Source of the DNA: Clostridia bacterium
GTDB taxonomy: Bacteria > Bacillota > Clostridia > Oscillospirales > Acutalibacteraceae
Assembly (NCBI GenBank): GCA_017537245.1
Contig: JAFYLD010000031.1
Span: 742-64,741 of the forward strand
DNA length: 64,000 nucleotides
Reading direction: 5' to 3'
Part shown: in pieces, positions 46,804-56,402 of the stretch
How positions within the stretch are numbered: position 1 is the first letter of the stretch
Layout of the letters: the number at the start of each line of letters is the position of its first letter
The notes under the pieces: generated by a model
What the model was told of the DNA's origin: nothing
Database searches by the model: none
What the model saw: only the letters and a program-made list of their open reading frames with translations
Translations under genes and position numbers: made by a program

Positions 46804-48021
46804 CTATTTTTTGCCGTCAACCATAGCCTGAACCTTGATTGGTAAGCCATAGAGGTTGATAAAGCCTTCTGCATCTCTTTGGTCGTAATCGCTTTCACCA
46901 AAGGTTGCAATTTCTTCGCTATAAAGTGAGTAATCACTCCAGATACCAGCTTTGATGATGTTACCCTTATAGAGCTTAAGCTTTACAGTACCTGTAACCT
47001 TTTCTTGAGTCTTGTCAACAAATGCTGCAAGCGCCTCACGTAGAGGTGTAAACCACTGACCGTTGTAAACGAGTTCAGCATAAGTAATAGCAAGTCTTTG
47101 TTTCTCGTGAAGAGTCATCTTGTCAAGGCAGATGCTCTCAAGTGCTTCGTGAGCTCTGTAAAGAATTGTACCGCCTGGAGTTTCATATACGCCACGACAC
47201 TTCATACCAACAAGACGATTTTCTACGATATCGATAATACCAATACCGTTCTTGCCGCCGAGTTCGTTAAGCTTTAAGATAATATTCTTAGCGCTCATCT
47301 TTTCGCCGTCAAGAGCTACAGGAACACCCTGCTCAAAGTCGAGTGTAATATATGTAGGTACGTCTGGAGCCATTGCTGGACTAACGCCCATTTCAAGGAA
47401 GCCTGGCTTATCATACAAAGGCTCGTTACCTGTATCTTCAAGGTCCATACCTTCGTGTGAAAGGTGCCAAAGGTTCTTATCCTTTGAGTAGTTGGTTTCT
47501 CTGTTTATCTTTAGAGGAATGTTGTGTGCCTCTGCGTATTCGATTTCTTCTTCACGTGACTTAATATCCCATTCTCTCCAAGGAGCGATGATTGGCATAT
47601 TAGGTGCAAAGTGCTTAATTGTAAGTTCAAAACGAACTTGGTCGTTACCCTTACCTGTACAACCGTGGCAGATAGCGTCTGCGCCTTCTTTGATAGCGAT
47701 ATCAACAAGACCCTTTGCAATGCAAGGACGAGCTTGGCTGGTACCAAGTAGGTAATCCTCGTAAATTGCGCCTGCTTTTACGCAAGGAATAATATAGTCG
47801 TCTACGTACTCGTCTGTAAGGTCGAGAACGTAAAGCTTTGAAGCGCCTGTCTTGATAGCCTTTTCTTCAAGGCCTTCAAGCTCGTCAGCCTGACCAACGT
47901 TACCAGATACTGCGATAACTTCACAGTTGTTGTAATTCTCTTTTAGCCAAGGAATGATGATTGATGTATCAAGACCGCCTGAGTAAGCAAGCACTACTTT
48001 TTTAATATCTTTTTTATCCAT
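46804..48021 (-). CDS. argG: argininosuccinate synthase
   Basis: [13 protein letters not shown]-loop. ATG at 48021 with an AGGAG SD 8 nt upstream is preferred over the track start at 48045. Confidence 0.9.
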   Translation of the reverse strand: MDKKDIKKVVLAYSGGLDTSIIIPWLKENYNNCEVIAVSGNVGQADELEGLEEKAIKTGASKLYVLDLTDEYVDDYIIPCVKAGAIYEDYLLGTSQARPCIAKGLVDIAIKEGADAICHGCTGKGNDQVRFELTIKHFAPNMPIIAPWREWDIKSREEEIEYAEAHNIPLKINRETNYSKDKNLWHLSHEGMDLEDTGNEPLYDKPGFLEMGVSPAMAPDVPTYITLDFEQGVPVALDGEKMSAKNIILKLNELGGKNGIGIIDIVENRLVGMKCRGVYETPGGTILYRAHEALESICLDKMTLHEKQRLAITYAELVYNGQWFTPLREALAAFVDKTQEKVTGTVKLKLYKGNIIKAGIWSDYSLYSEEIATFGESDYDQRDAEGFINLYGLPIKVQAMVDGKK

Positions 48022-48064
48022 GATTTTTGTCTCCTTTTTAGACATAATTTATTCAACACGAGCC

Positions 48065-48093
48065 ATTATATGCCTGTCTAATTCATTTGTCAA
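48065..48093 (-). promoter_or_regulatory. argG promoter
   Basis: On the minus strand: TTGACA (48093-48088), 17 nt, TATAAT (48070-48065). This is a perfect consensus. Confidence 0.65.
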
Positions 48094-48103
48094 GTGTTTT
48101 TTT

Positions 48104-48148
48104 TGAATAAATATTCAATATTTTTTATTTTATGCAAAAATCTTGCAT
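48104..48148. promoter_or_regulatory. two ARG-box-like palindromes (ArgR/AhrC operators)
   Basis: TGAATAAATATTCA (48104-48117) and ATGCAAAAATCTTGCAT (48132-48148). Both match the TGAAT-AT-rich-ATTCA / TGCAT-type ARG box pattern. Confidence 0.55.
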
Positions 48149-48153
48149 ATTTT

Positions 48154-48834
48154 CTATAAAATATCGCATATTTGCATAATATTTGTGATTTCATAGGTGG
48201 TTTTGTATGCTCCTGGCGTTCCTTTTGGGTTAAGCCAACAAGTATCGACACCAAAATTTATACCACCTAAAATATCGGACGACATAGAATCGCCAATAAC
48301 CAAAATCTTTGACCTGTCCTTTTCGGGCGTATTAGCCATAACAAAATCAAAATATTCTACCTCTGGCTTTTGGCTGCCCGCATCTTCCGACACAAATATA
48401 TAATCAAAATACTGCTTTATAGAGCAGTTTTCAATTCGTCTATATTGTGTGCGTGACATACCGTTAGTGGTAATACAAACGGTATAACCTTTTGATTTTA
48501 TGTAATCTAGCGCTTTATCTGCGCCCTCGATTAAATCGTAACCCTGTGACAAGAAATCAAAATAATCACTAGCCATTTTTATAGGGTCGCCTTCTAGTTT
48601 ATAAAACTCTAGATATTCTCTAAAACGTCCCGAGTAAATTTCTTCCTTTTTGATTTCGCCCTTTTCAAAGCGCGCCCACCAAGTGTGGTTAATAGCAGAA
48701 TACTTTGCTACCATTTCATCACTTATAGGTAGGTTATGAAGCGCAAATAAGTTTCTTATTGCTTTGTACTCTGCCGCCGAAAAGTCAAGCAAGGTATTAT
48801 CTAGGTCAAAATATAACGTTGTATATTTTTTCAT
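48154..48834 (-). CDS. HAD-superfamily hydrolase (YjjG-like nucleotidase subfamily)
   Basis: 226 aa. LYFDLDNTLLDF motif I, TNG motif II, GDSMSSDILGG motif IV. Confidence 0.6.
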   Translation of the reverse strand: MKKYTTLYFDLDNTLLDFSAAEYKAIRNLFALHNLPISDEMVAKYSAINHTWWARFEKGEIKKEEIYSGRFREYLEFYKLEGDPIKMASDYFDFLSQGYDLIEGADKALDYIKSKGYTVCITTNGMSRTQYRRIENCSIKQYFDYIFVSEDAGSQKPEVEYFDFVMANTPEKDRSKILVIGDSMSSDILGGINFGVDTCWLNPKGTPGAYKTTYEITNIMQICDIL

Positions 48835-49751
48835 GAGAACATCCCCAACGTGTATGCCAAAATTGTTGGTAACTCACCTACAAGAAAATAACCCAAAACG
48901 CCAATAAAGAAATTAACGCCGCCTTTTTTACGAAAAGCGAGTTCTTGGTCAAGATCACTTTTCTTTATTTCAGAAACGTTTGATATTACCTTGTTCCTAT
49001 AAATATAGTCACCAAACACACCAAACAACACGCTCAAAAGTATAGCCAGCAATCCACCTACAAGCGCTAATACAATAACCGGAACGCCGATTGTAGAGAT
49101 ATTTTCTCGAATTATGTTTGCTACCTGGAAGTAACCCTTAGTTTCGGATAAATCCAACTGATTCACAGCCACAGTAAAGGGTATGCTCAACATTGTAAGC
49201 GCTACCTGTATCGCGCCTATAATAGCGCCTAGTATATACATTTTGCGTGACAAGAGCCAACCGCATGGAGTCAAAAATGCAAGCCAGTTCCAAGACGCTT
49301 TTTTACCATATTTAAATTTTAAAAACTTTGGTAAATAACGGTGTGTATTACCCGCAACAAATTGCTTTGCTTCTTTTGCGGTAACACCATTGCCCAAATC
49401 GGTATCTTCTGGCACACCGCCCATTAAATCAATGGTAAACGCGCGACTGCCCATACTTAACATATTTGGAGTATTACATTTAGGACAAGCGGGCGCGTCT
49501 TTTTTATACTTTTCACCACATCTACCGCAAAAAACCACGTCTTCTGCCTCTGGTTCTTTTTGAGTGGTAGACTCGGGTTTTTTGTACTGATTCTCTGTAC
49601 CGTGAAATTCAGCTAGACCACAATGACCTAGTGATAAATAACACTCTCTGTGATGTGGCGCACCACATTCGGGACAATGCGCTACGTCATCATCTTCAAA
49701 CAAATACGCGCCACAAATAGCGCATTTTTCTTTGCCATAATCAAGACTCAC
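48831..49751 (-). CDS. zinc-ribbon / RING-like N-terminal domain protein with DUF2628-like membrane domain
   Basis: CAICG...HCPECGAPHHRECY...C, then a second ribbon CGRCG...CPKC, then 3-4 TM segments. GTG start overlapping the Nudix stop (GTGA). Confidence 0.55.
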   Translation of the reverse strand: MSLDYGKEKCAICGAYLFEDDDVAHCPECGAPHHRECYLSLGHCGLAEFHGTENQYKKPESTTQKEPEAEDVVFCGRCGEKYKKDAPACPKCNTPNMLSMGSRAFTIDLMGGVPEDTDLGNGVTAKEAKQFVAGNTHRYLPKFLKFKYGKKASWNWLAFLTPCGWLLSRKMYILGAIIGAIQVALTMLSIPFTVAVNQLDLSETKGYFQVANIIRENISTIGVPVIVLALVGGLLAILLSVLFGVFGDYIYRNKVISNVSEIKKSDLDQELAFRKKGGVNFFIGVLGYFLVGELPTILAYTLGMFS

Positions 49752-50266
49752 ACCGTCACCCCCATTTGTTCGTCAATTTTTTCAAATACTGTATCAAAAT
49801 ACTCTTTACCATAGTTATGATAAAGACCATCTTTAATCATAGCGTCAAACTCGCTACGGCTAACCCAACGCGCCTCGGCAACCTCATCATCTTGAAGTCT
49901 TAATTTTTCACTTGCGACGTCGGTATTTATAAACCAAACGTCTAAAAGCGAATTTCTGCGTTTAATACGGGTTAGTTTTTTAAGAGTTTGTTTGTTAGAA
50001 GGAATACCCAATTCCTCATAAAGCTCGCGGTTAGCCGCGGTGTATGAGTCCTCACCTGCGATAGCCGCGCCGCCTGTTGCCGCCCATTCGCCGGGCATAA
50101 GCTTTTTACTGTCCGATCTGCGTTGAACCAAAAACTCACCACGCGAAGATACAATCCATATATGCACCACCAAGTGATATTCACCGGGTTTTAAATTGCA
50201 TTTTCCACGCAACGTAGTTTTACCTACGGGTTCGCCGTCAGCGTTTAAAATGTCCCACTTTTCCAT
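49748..50266 (-). CDS. NUDIX hydrolase
   Basis: 172 aa. Nudix box GGAAIAGEDSYTAANRELYEELG. Confidence 0.8.
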   Translation of the reverse strand: MEKWDILNADGEPVGKTTLRGKCNLKPGEYHLVVHIWIVSSRGEFLVQRRSDSKKLMPGEWAATGGAAIAGEDSYTAANRELYEELGIPSNKQTLKKLTRIKRRNSLLDVWFINTDVASEKLRLQDDEVAEARWVSRSEFDAMIKDGLYHNYGKEYFDTVFEKIDEQMGVTV

Positions 50267-50270
50267 TATT

Positions 50271-50936
50271 TTAATTTTTCCTCACAACGTTGTCACGACT
50301 TTTATAAATACTGTTTTCCTCAACGTATCCTCTAACACTAGATAGCGGATAGATATTTGTGTTTTTGCCAACCACACAACCGGGATTAAGCACAGTACCG
50401 CACCCTACCTCGACGTAGTCGCCTAAAATCGCGCCAAACTTTCTTAGATTTGTATTATACCTTTCATTTCCCAATAAGATAGATACGTTTGTTTTGTCTG
50501 ACTTTACGTTTGAGGTAATAGCACCCGCGCCTAAATGAGCCTTATAGCCCAATATACTGTCGCCCACGTAGTTATAATGTGGTACCTGCACACTGTCAAA
50601 CAGTATAGCGTTTTTAAGCTCGGTAGAGTTCCCTACAACCGCGCCCTTACCAATAATCGCATTGCCGCGAATAAATGCGCAATGGCGTATTTCGGCGTCC
50701 TCATCAATAATACAAGGACCGCTAATGCTAGCGCTAGGCGTCACCTTTGCGCTCTTTGCAATAAGCACTCCACCGCCAAAATCATCGAATTTTTCTGGGT
50801 CTAACGCACTAGACAACCAGACAATAAAATCCTTGATTTCACCGAGCACTTCAAAGGGGTATTTCTTGCCTTTAAAAATATCGCGCGCTATTGTGTGGCG
50901 TGTGTCTAAAAGAGTTGTGATTTCAAGCCTTTTCAT
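50271..50936 (-). CDS. hexapeptide-repeat (left-handed beta-helix) transferase, GlmU C-terminal-domain-like
   Basis: Repeated [LIV]G hexapeptides (IGKGAVVGNSTELKNAILFDSVQV...YVGDSILGYKAHLGAGAITSN). ATG at 50936 is preferred. Confidence 0.6.
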   Translation of the reverse strand: MKRLEITTLLDTRHTIARDIFKGKKYPFEVLGEIKDFIVWLSSALDPEKFDDFGGGVLIAKSAKVTPSASISGPCIIDEDAEIRHCAFIRGNAIIGKGAVVGNSTELKNAILFDSVQVPHYNYVGDSILGYKAHLGAGAITSNVKSDKTNVSILLGNERYNTNLRKFGAILGDYVEVGCGTVLNPGCVVGKNTNIYPLSSVRGYVEENSIYKSRDNVVRKN

Positions 50937-51065
50937 AACAAACATATCCTTCTTACACTAAAAATTTTATATTATATAGTATAATACGGATAATTAAAAC
51001 TATTATAACAGTATTAAAAGAAATTTTCAATAATTATTATAAGTAAAATTTATATAATTTAGTTC

Positions 51066-51094
51066 TTGATTTTTTTTTATATATAAGTTATAAT
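51066..51094 (+). promoter_or_regulatory. candidate SRP RNA promoter
   Basis: TTGATT (51066-51071), 17 nt, TATAAT (51089-51094). Confidence 0.5.
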
Positions 51095-51100
51095 TTTTTG

Positions 51101-51240
51101 TAGCCTGTATATTTGGTCGTGCGAATGGGCGGGTCCTATACGGCGGGAGGCTGTGAACCATGTCAGGCGGGGAACCGAGCAGCATTAAGCAGTTTTTTCC
51201 GTGCGAATAGTAAATCGGTCCATTCGTACGACCAAGCATA
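51101..51240 (+). ncRNA. ffs: signal recognition particle RNA (small, 4.5S-like); ends approximate
   Basis: Domain IV signature GUCAGG-CGG-GGAA-CCG-AGCAGC (51162-51183, GGAA tetraloop at 51171-51174). 16-bp closing helix 51113-51128/51220-51235. Conserved position upstream of dnaX-ybaB-recR. Confidence 0.75.
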
Positions 51241-51269
51241 TAGGTTAATTTTAATTTTGGGGTGAATTT

Positions 51270-52895
51270 ATGGCATATCAGGCGTTATATCGAAAATATC
51301 GTCCTTCTACTTTTAGCGACGTTGTAGGGCAAGAGCATATTACCAATACTCTTAAAAACGAGCTTGACTGCGGCAAAATTGTGCACGCGTATCTTTTTAC
51401 CGGCACACGTGGTACGGGTAAAACAACCTGCGCCAAAATCCTTGCCAAGGCAGTTAACTGCCTTAATCCCATAAACGGCGATCCTTGCGGCGAGTGTGAA
51501 ATTTGCCGTATGGTAGCGGCCGATGAAGCAACCGATATTGTCGAAATGGACGCAGCGTCTAACAACGGTGTTGACGATATTCGCGAACTACGCGAACAGG
51601 TTAATTTCTCCCCTGCCGCTTGTAAATACCGCGTGTATATCATAGACGAGGTTCACATGCTTTCCGGCGCCGCATTTAACGCGCTACTAAAAACACTAGA
51701 AGAACCACCCGAACACGTTGTGTTTATACTTGCTACTACCGAAGTTCACAAACTACCTGCTACCATTCTTTCGCGTTGTCAACGTTTCGATTTTCGTAGA
51801 ATTGATAGCGCCGAAATCGTTGGTAGATTAAAGCACGTTGCATCTTGTGAAAATCTAACCCTTACCGACGATGCCGCAACACTTATTGCATCTGCGGCTG
51901 ATGGTGGCATGCGCGACGCGTTATCTATACTTGACCTTTGCGCATCGCACAACAGTAATATTACCGAAGATACCGTTGCTAACGTTTGCTCAATGGCAGG
52001 CAACGAATATCTTATAAAAATGGCCGACCTTATTAAGTCGCACTCTACCGAGCAGGCTATAACACTTATTGACGAGCTACACAATTCGTCGGTAGATATG
52101 TTACGACTTCTCTCTGAACTCACAGGTCACTTCCGCGATCTTATGATTGTAAAGGTAGTAAAGGGTGACAAAAAGCCAATAGTTTGCTCTAGTCAAAAGA
52201 TGAAGGCGCTAGAAGCGCAAGCGCAAAACTTTGACATAAAAGAAATTATGGCAATTTTATCTATCTTACAGGCAAGCGCTACCGCAATGCAAAACGGTAA
52301 TCGACGTTGCGAAATGGAAATGGCTATAATTAGACTTTGTAACCCTCAAATTCGACAAGACCTTGACTCGCTCGAGCGCAGAATTGCAGCGCTCGAAAGC
52401 AACCCACCTGTAGCGGTTGTAAAAGCCGAGCCTGTAAAAGAAACAATTGAAGAATTACCACCAATTGTCGAAGAGGAAATCCCACTACCCGATGACAATG
52501 ACGACCCTGCTCCGTTTGACGTGGACGACGTTAAACCCGTTGCTCCTCCAAAACCAGTTGTCGACAATAACGACGACTCGTCAACACCTGTTGCAGAGTG
52601 GCAAGATATAATTGGTATTTTGCGTAAAACGTGCCCAATTATAGCCAGTGTTCTTGGCGATTCAAAAGCATACGTTGAAGGCGATAAATTGCTTATTGAC
52701 ACAAACAACACTCAATTCAAGGCGCTTATGAATGGTAACAACCCTGTTTATAGAGATAACGTACGCAAAGCGGCGCAAACTATACTAGGCAAGGTTTATA
52801 AACTAGGACCTTATCATAAAAAACCTGCGCAAAGCGAAAGCGCTGACCCGCTACAAGGCTTTGCCGCAAAACTAAAACAATTAGAAAAAAATTAA
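51270..52895 (+). CDS. dnaX: DNA polymerase III subunit gamma/tau
   Basis: Walker A GTRGTGKTT, zinc module CGECEIC, DEVHML, SRCQRF. Confidence 0.95.
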   Translation: MAYQALYRKYRPSTFSDVVGQEHITNTLKNELDCGKIVHAYLFTGTRGTGKTTCAKILAKAVNCLNPINGDPCGECEICRMVAADEATDIVEMDAASNNGVDDIRELREQVNFSPAACKYRVYIIDEVHMLSGAAFNALLKTLEEPPEHVVFILATTEVHKLPATILSRCQRFDFRRIDSAEIVGRLKHVASCENLTLTDDAATLIASAADGGMRDALSILDLCASHNSNITEDTVANVCSMAGNEYLIKMADLIKSHSTEQAITLIDELHNSSVDMLRLLSELTGHFRDLMIVKVVKGDKKPIVCSSQKMKALEAQAQNFDIKEIMAILSILQASATAMQNGNRRCEMEMAIIRLCNPQIRQDLDSLERRIAALESNPPVAVVKAEPVKETIEELPPIVEEEIPLPDDNDDPAPFDVDDVKPVAPPKPVVDNNDDSSTPVAEWQDIIGILRKTCPIIASVLGDSKAYVEGDKLLIDTNNTQFKALMNGNNPVYRDNVRKAAQTILGKVYKLGPYHKKPAQSESADPLQGFAAKLKQLEKN

Positions 52896-52915
52896 ATTTT
52901 ATAGGAGATAAAAAA

Positions 52916-53257
52916 ATGAAAGTACGCATTCCAAACTCTGGTGGCCCAGGCAATATGAACCAAATGATTAAACAAGCACAAAAGATGCAAGAAGATATGG
53001 CAACACTTCAAACCGATCTTGAGGCTCGCGAATATACCGCAACCTCTGGCGGCGGAGCAGTAAGCGTTACCGTTGACGGCAAGCATCTTATCAAATCTAT
53101 CAAAATCAATCCTGACATCATCGATCCAGAAGATGCCGAAATGATCGAAGATCTTGTTACCGTTGCAGTTAACGAAGCTATCAGCAACGCAACCCGTACC
53201 GCAGAGGAAGAAATGGGCGCAATAACAGGCGGACTTAATATTCCTGGTATGTTTTAA
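52916..53257 (+). CDS. ybaB: YbaB/EbfC nucleoid-associated protein
   Basis: 113 aa. [12 protein letters not shown]...GGGAV.V...G family pattern. Conserved dnaX-ybaB-recR order. Confidence 0.9.
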   Translation: MKVRIPNSGGPGNMNQMIKQAQKMQEDMATLQTDLEAREYTATSGGGAVSVTVDGKHLIKSIKINPDIIDPEDAEMIEDLVTVAVNEAISNATRTAEEEMGAITGGLNIPGMF

Positions 53258-53259
53258 TT

Positions 53260-53859
53260 ATGAATTATAACATAGTTCCGCTAACCGAACTTATAAACCA
53301 GTTTTCACGTCTACCGGGAATTGGTAAAAAAACTGCTCAAAGACTAGCTTATAGCATATTAGAGCAACCGCCCGAGCGCGCTAAAGCATTTGCCGAGGCG
53401 CTTGTAAACGCGCGTGAAAAGATACATTTTTGTTCAATTTGTCAGTCCCTTACCGATTTAGAGGTTTGTCAAATTTGTTCTGACGAATTACGTGATAAAA
53501 GCGTTATTTGCGTGGTAGAAGACCCGCGTGACGTTATGGCTTTTGAACGCACTCGCGAGTACAAGGGCGTTTATCACGTACTTCACGGAGTTATATCTCC
53601 GCTTGACAATATTGGTCCTGACAAATTGCGCATTAAAGAGCTTATGGCAAGACTTAGCGATGGTACTGTAAAAGAAATTATTATGGCTACCAACCCTACC
53701 GTTGAAGGTGAGGCTACCGCTAGTTATATTTCACGTCTTGTAAAACCAATGGGCATTAAGGTAACACGCCTCGCTTACGGTATTCCTGTAGGCGGCGACC
53801 TTGAATATGCCGACGAATACACACTCGCCCGAGCACTTGAGGGCAGAAACGAGATTTAA
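53260..53859 (+). CDS. recR: recombination protein RecR
   Basis: [13 protein letters not shown] helix-hairpin-helix, C4 zinc finger (CSICQ...CQIC), Toprim domain. Confidence 0.95.
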   Translation: MNYNIVPLTELINQFSRLPGIGKKTAQRLAYSILEQPPERAKAFAEALVNAREKIHFCSICQSLTDLEVCQICSDELRDKSVICVVEDPRDVMAFERTREYKGVYHVLHGVISPLDNIGPDKLRIKELMARLSDGTVKEIIMATNPTVEGEATASYISRLVKPMGIKVTRLAYGIPVGGDLEYADEYTLARALEGRNEI

Positions 53860-53862
53860 ACT

Positions 53863-54066
53863 ATGGAACAAAGCAAAATTGACCGCATAAACGAACTTGC
53901 TCGCAAGCAAAAGTCCGAAGGTTTAACCGAGGAAGAAAAGGTTGAGCAAGCAGTCCTTAGAAAAGAGTATATCGAGGGTTACAAGCGTAGCCTTATGGCT
54001 CAACTTGACAATATGTATATTGTAGAGCCTGATGGTTCAAAGAAAAAGGTTGTACCAAAGCAATGA
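53863..54066 (+). CDS. UPF0291/DUF896 (YnzC-like) small protein
   Basis: 67 aa. RINELARKQK.EGLTEEEK.EQ..LR.EY family pattern. Confidence 0.7.
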   Translation: MEQSKIDRINELARKQKSEGLTEEEKVEQAVLRKEYIEGYKRSLMAQLDNMYIVEPDGSKKKVVPKQ

Positions 54067-55013
54067 AAATCTTGATCGCAGACTGCGCAACTCTTGCACA
54101 AAATAACGATTTACCTCTCACCGTATTCGAAGAGTACGGTGACGTTGTTTATAACCCCAATATATCGCGTGACGAGTTATTAGAAACCGTACACGAATAC
54201 GATATTATTTTGTGCAACAAGACAATTATTGACCGCAGTGTTTTTGAAAAAGCTAAGAAATTAAAATACATTGGTCTTTTTGCAACCGGTTATAACAATA
54301 TTGATATTATTGCGGCTCGCGAGCGTGGTATTGTTGTTTGTAACGCAGGCAGCTATTCTACAAGCGCCGTAGCGCAACAGACCTTTGCTTATATTTTAAA
54401 CCATTATAACGCGGTAAATAAGTATAACGATTTTGTAAGTAATGGTGGTTGGCAACAATCTCCTACCTTTTCGGTGCTATGCTTTCCTACCGATGAACTC
54501 AAAGATAAAACGATTGGTATTATCGGTTACGGCAGTATAGGTCGTCGCGTGGCAGAAATCGCATTGGCGTTTGAGATGCGCGTTTTGGTATATACCAGAA
54601 CCCCAAAAGAAGATAACCGCGTAACTTTTGTATCGCTCGACGAGCTTTTACAAAAAAGCGATATCGTAACTCCACACTGCCCACTAAATGATGAGAGTCG
54701 CGAACTTTTTAACAAAGATACCTTCGCTAAATTTAAAGACGGCGCTTTCTTTATTAACACTGCGCGTGGTGGTGTTGTAAATGAACAAGACCTTGCCGAC
54801 GCATTAAATAGTGGCAAACTATCGGGTGCTGCTATCGACGTTTTGACCGAGGAACCTATGTCGAAGGACTGCGTGTTAAAGACCGCCAAAAACCTTGTTA
54901 TTACTCCTCACACCGCGTGGGCACCGCTTTCTACAAGAGAAAGATTGCTAGGTATTGTAGAAGATAATATCAAAGCATTTTTAAACGGAAATCCTAAAAA
55001 TAAAGTTTCATAA
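54063..55013 (+). CDS. D-isomer-specific 2-hydroxyacid dehydrogenase (glycerate dehydrogenase-like)
   Basis: 316 aa. NAD fold GIIGYGSIGRRVA and catalytic context NTARGG...D...HTAW. Confidence 0.8.
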   Translation: MKILIADCATLAQNNDLPLTVFEEYGDVVYNPNISRDELLETVHEYDIILCNKTIIDRSVFEKAKKLKYIGLFATGYNNIDIIAARERGIVVCNAGSYSTSAVAQQTFAYILNHYNAVNKYNDFVSNGGWQQSPTFSVLCFPTDELKDKTIGIIGYGSIGRRVAEIALAFEMRVLVYTRTPKEDNRVTFVSLDELLQKSDIVTPHCPLNDESRELFNKDTFAKFKDGAFFINTARGGVVNEQDLADALNSGKLSGAAIDVLTEEPMSKDCVLKTAKNLVITPHTAWAPLSTRERLLGIVEDNIKAFLNGNPKNKVS

Positions 55014-55014
55014 T

Positions 55015-55045
55015 AAAAAGCCTTCGGTAAAACCGAAGGCTTTAA
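55015..55045. terminator. bidirectional terminator
   Basis: 11-bp stem AAAGCCTTCGG/CCGAAGGCTTT flanked by A and T runs. Confidence 0.8.
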
Positions 55046-55047
55046 TT

Positions 55048-55899
55048 TTATCTTATAGAGTTGTAATAATCTTTCATACGTTTTACGTCCTCGGCTTGTG
55101 TGCCGTCAGACTCGCAAATAAAGGTTGGAGTACATCCTTTTTGCACAACCAAGTCGATTACAGGCTCAAAATCAGGGCCGTAAACTGTGTCTTCAAAGGT
55201 AAGGTGCTTTTTCTCGCCGCCTGTTGTATATTCAATCTTTGAAAAATGTGAATGGAAGTTTTTAAGACGATCATAACCCAAAGCATTCTCAATTTTGTCG
55301 AACACTGTTTTATAATCCTCTTTGGTCTTAAAATAACCTAAATCGCGCGCGTTAAGATGACCAAAATCTATACAAGGAATAAGTCGCTCATCTATTTTAC
55401 AAAGTTCTAAAACCTCGTCCAAAGTGCCTAACTGATTTACCTTGCCCATCGTTTCGGGACAAATATGCACGTGACCGAGTCCCGCATCATCAAGTGCAGT
55501 TATGGCCTTTTTCATGGTATCAATCGCAAGTTCTAGGGCTGTTTCACGGCTTATTTTACTACAAGAACCGGTGTGAACAACGATGCGATTACCGCCCATA
55601 AAATCCACAGCGCGAGCCGAGTCCATAATATATTTGATAGAATTAAGGCGTTTTTCCTCTTCGACAGATGACATAGAGATATAATACGGCGCGTGTAGAG
55701 ATAAGGTTATGCCCTTTTCTGCGGCAAGTTTTCCAAGTTCGCGAGCCTTGTCCTCGCCAATATTTACACCGCGACCACATTGATACTCAAAAGTGTCGAG
55801 TCCCATGCGTTCTACGTACTCAGGGATATGCAAACTGCCTTTATAACCCATTTTAAAAAAGCTGTCAGAGTTACCCGCAGGACCAAATTTTGCAGACAT
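55048..55899 (-). CDS. endonuclease IV-like TIM-barrel (xylose isomerase-like fold) protein
   Basis: 283 aa. LHAPYYI, VVHTG, PETMG and DFGH metal-ligand contexts resemble the AP endonuclease 2 family. Confidence 0.6.
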   Translation of the reverse strand: MSAKFGPAGNSDSFFKMGYKGSLHIPEYVERMGLDTFEYQCGRGVNIGEDKARELGKLAAEKGITLSLHAPYYISMSSVEEEKRLNSIKYIMDSARAVDFMGGNRIVVHTGSCSKISRETALELAIDTMKKAITALDDAGLGHVHICPETMGKVNQLGTLDEVLELCKIDERLIPCIDFGHLNARDLGYFKTKEDYKTVFDKIENALGYDRLKNFHSHFSKIEYTTGGEKKHLTFEDTVYGPDFEPVIDLVVQKGCTPTFICESDGTQAEDVKRMKDYYNSIR

Positions 55900-55910
55900 A
55901 GTTACACCTC

Positions 55911-56402
55911 TTATTCCTCGAATTTATATCTTTTGTAAAGCTTCTTTTCAAGTTTTCTACGAACTTTAAATGACCAGCCGTCCTCAAGTTTTATTGGAGT
56001 AAGCAATATAGATTTGACACCAACTACGTTACCACCCAAAATATCGGTAAAAATTTGATCGCCAACGATAGCCACGTTTTTGCGTTTTTCACCTAGCGCC
56101 TTTACGCCGCGTAAATAGCCTGTTGGCAATGGTTTGCAACCAAGACTTATAAACGGCAAGCCGATACGCGCAGCAAACGGCTCTATTCTAAAACGCTTTG
56201 AATTAGAAAGTACCATAAGTTTGATTCCACTTTCTTGCATTGCGGCAATCCACTCCATAAGTCCATCGGTCAAAACTGTGCCGTGGTGGGTGGACATGGT
56301 ATTATCAACGTCTAAAAGCAACGCTTTTATATCGTATTCTTTTAAAAGCTCTACTGTAATATCGGTTATACCGTGAAGCTTGATATCTGGTTTTAATAAC
56401 AT
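55911..56402 (-). CDS. yqeG: YqeG-family HAD-IIIA phosphatase
   Basis: 163 aa. LLLDVDNTM motif I, LSNS motif II, VGDQIFTDILGGN motif IV. Confidence 0.75.
   Translation of the reverse strand: MLLKPDIKLHGITDITVELLKEYDIKALLLDVDNTMSTHHGTVLTDGLMEWIAAMQESGIKLMVLSNSKRFRIEPFAARIGLPFISLGCKPLPTGYLRGVKALGEKRKNVAIVGDQIFTDILGGNVVGVKSILLTPIKLEDGWSFKVRRKLEKKLYKRYKFEE

Noticed and set aside
51027-51239. 70-aa minus-strand ORF
   Set aside because: It overlaps the SRP RNA gene and its promoter. It has no SD and is explained by the structured RNA.
52160-52180. dnaX programmed -1 frameshift site (A AAA AAG type)
   Set aside because: The only AAAAAG stretch reads GAC AAA AAG in frame (C AAA AAG). It is not an X XXY YYZ slippery heptamer, and no obvious downstream stem-loop is present.
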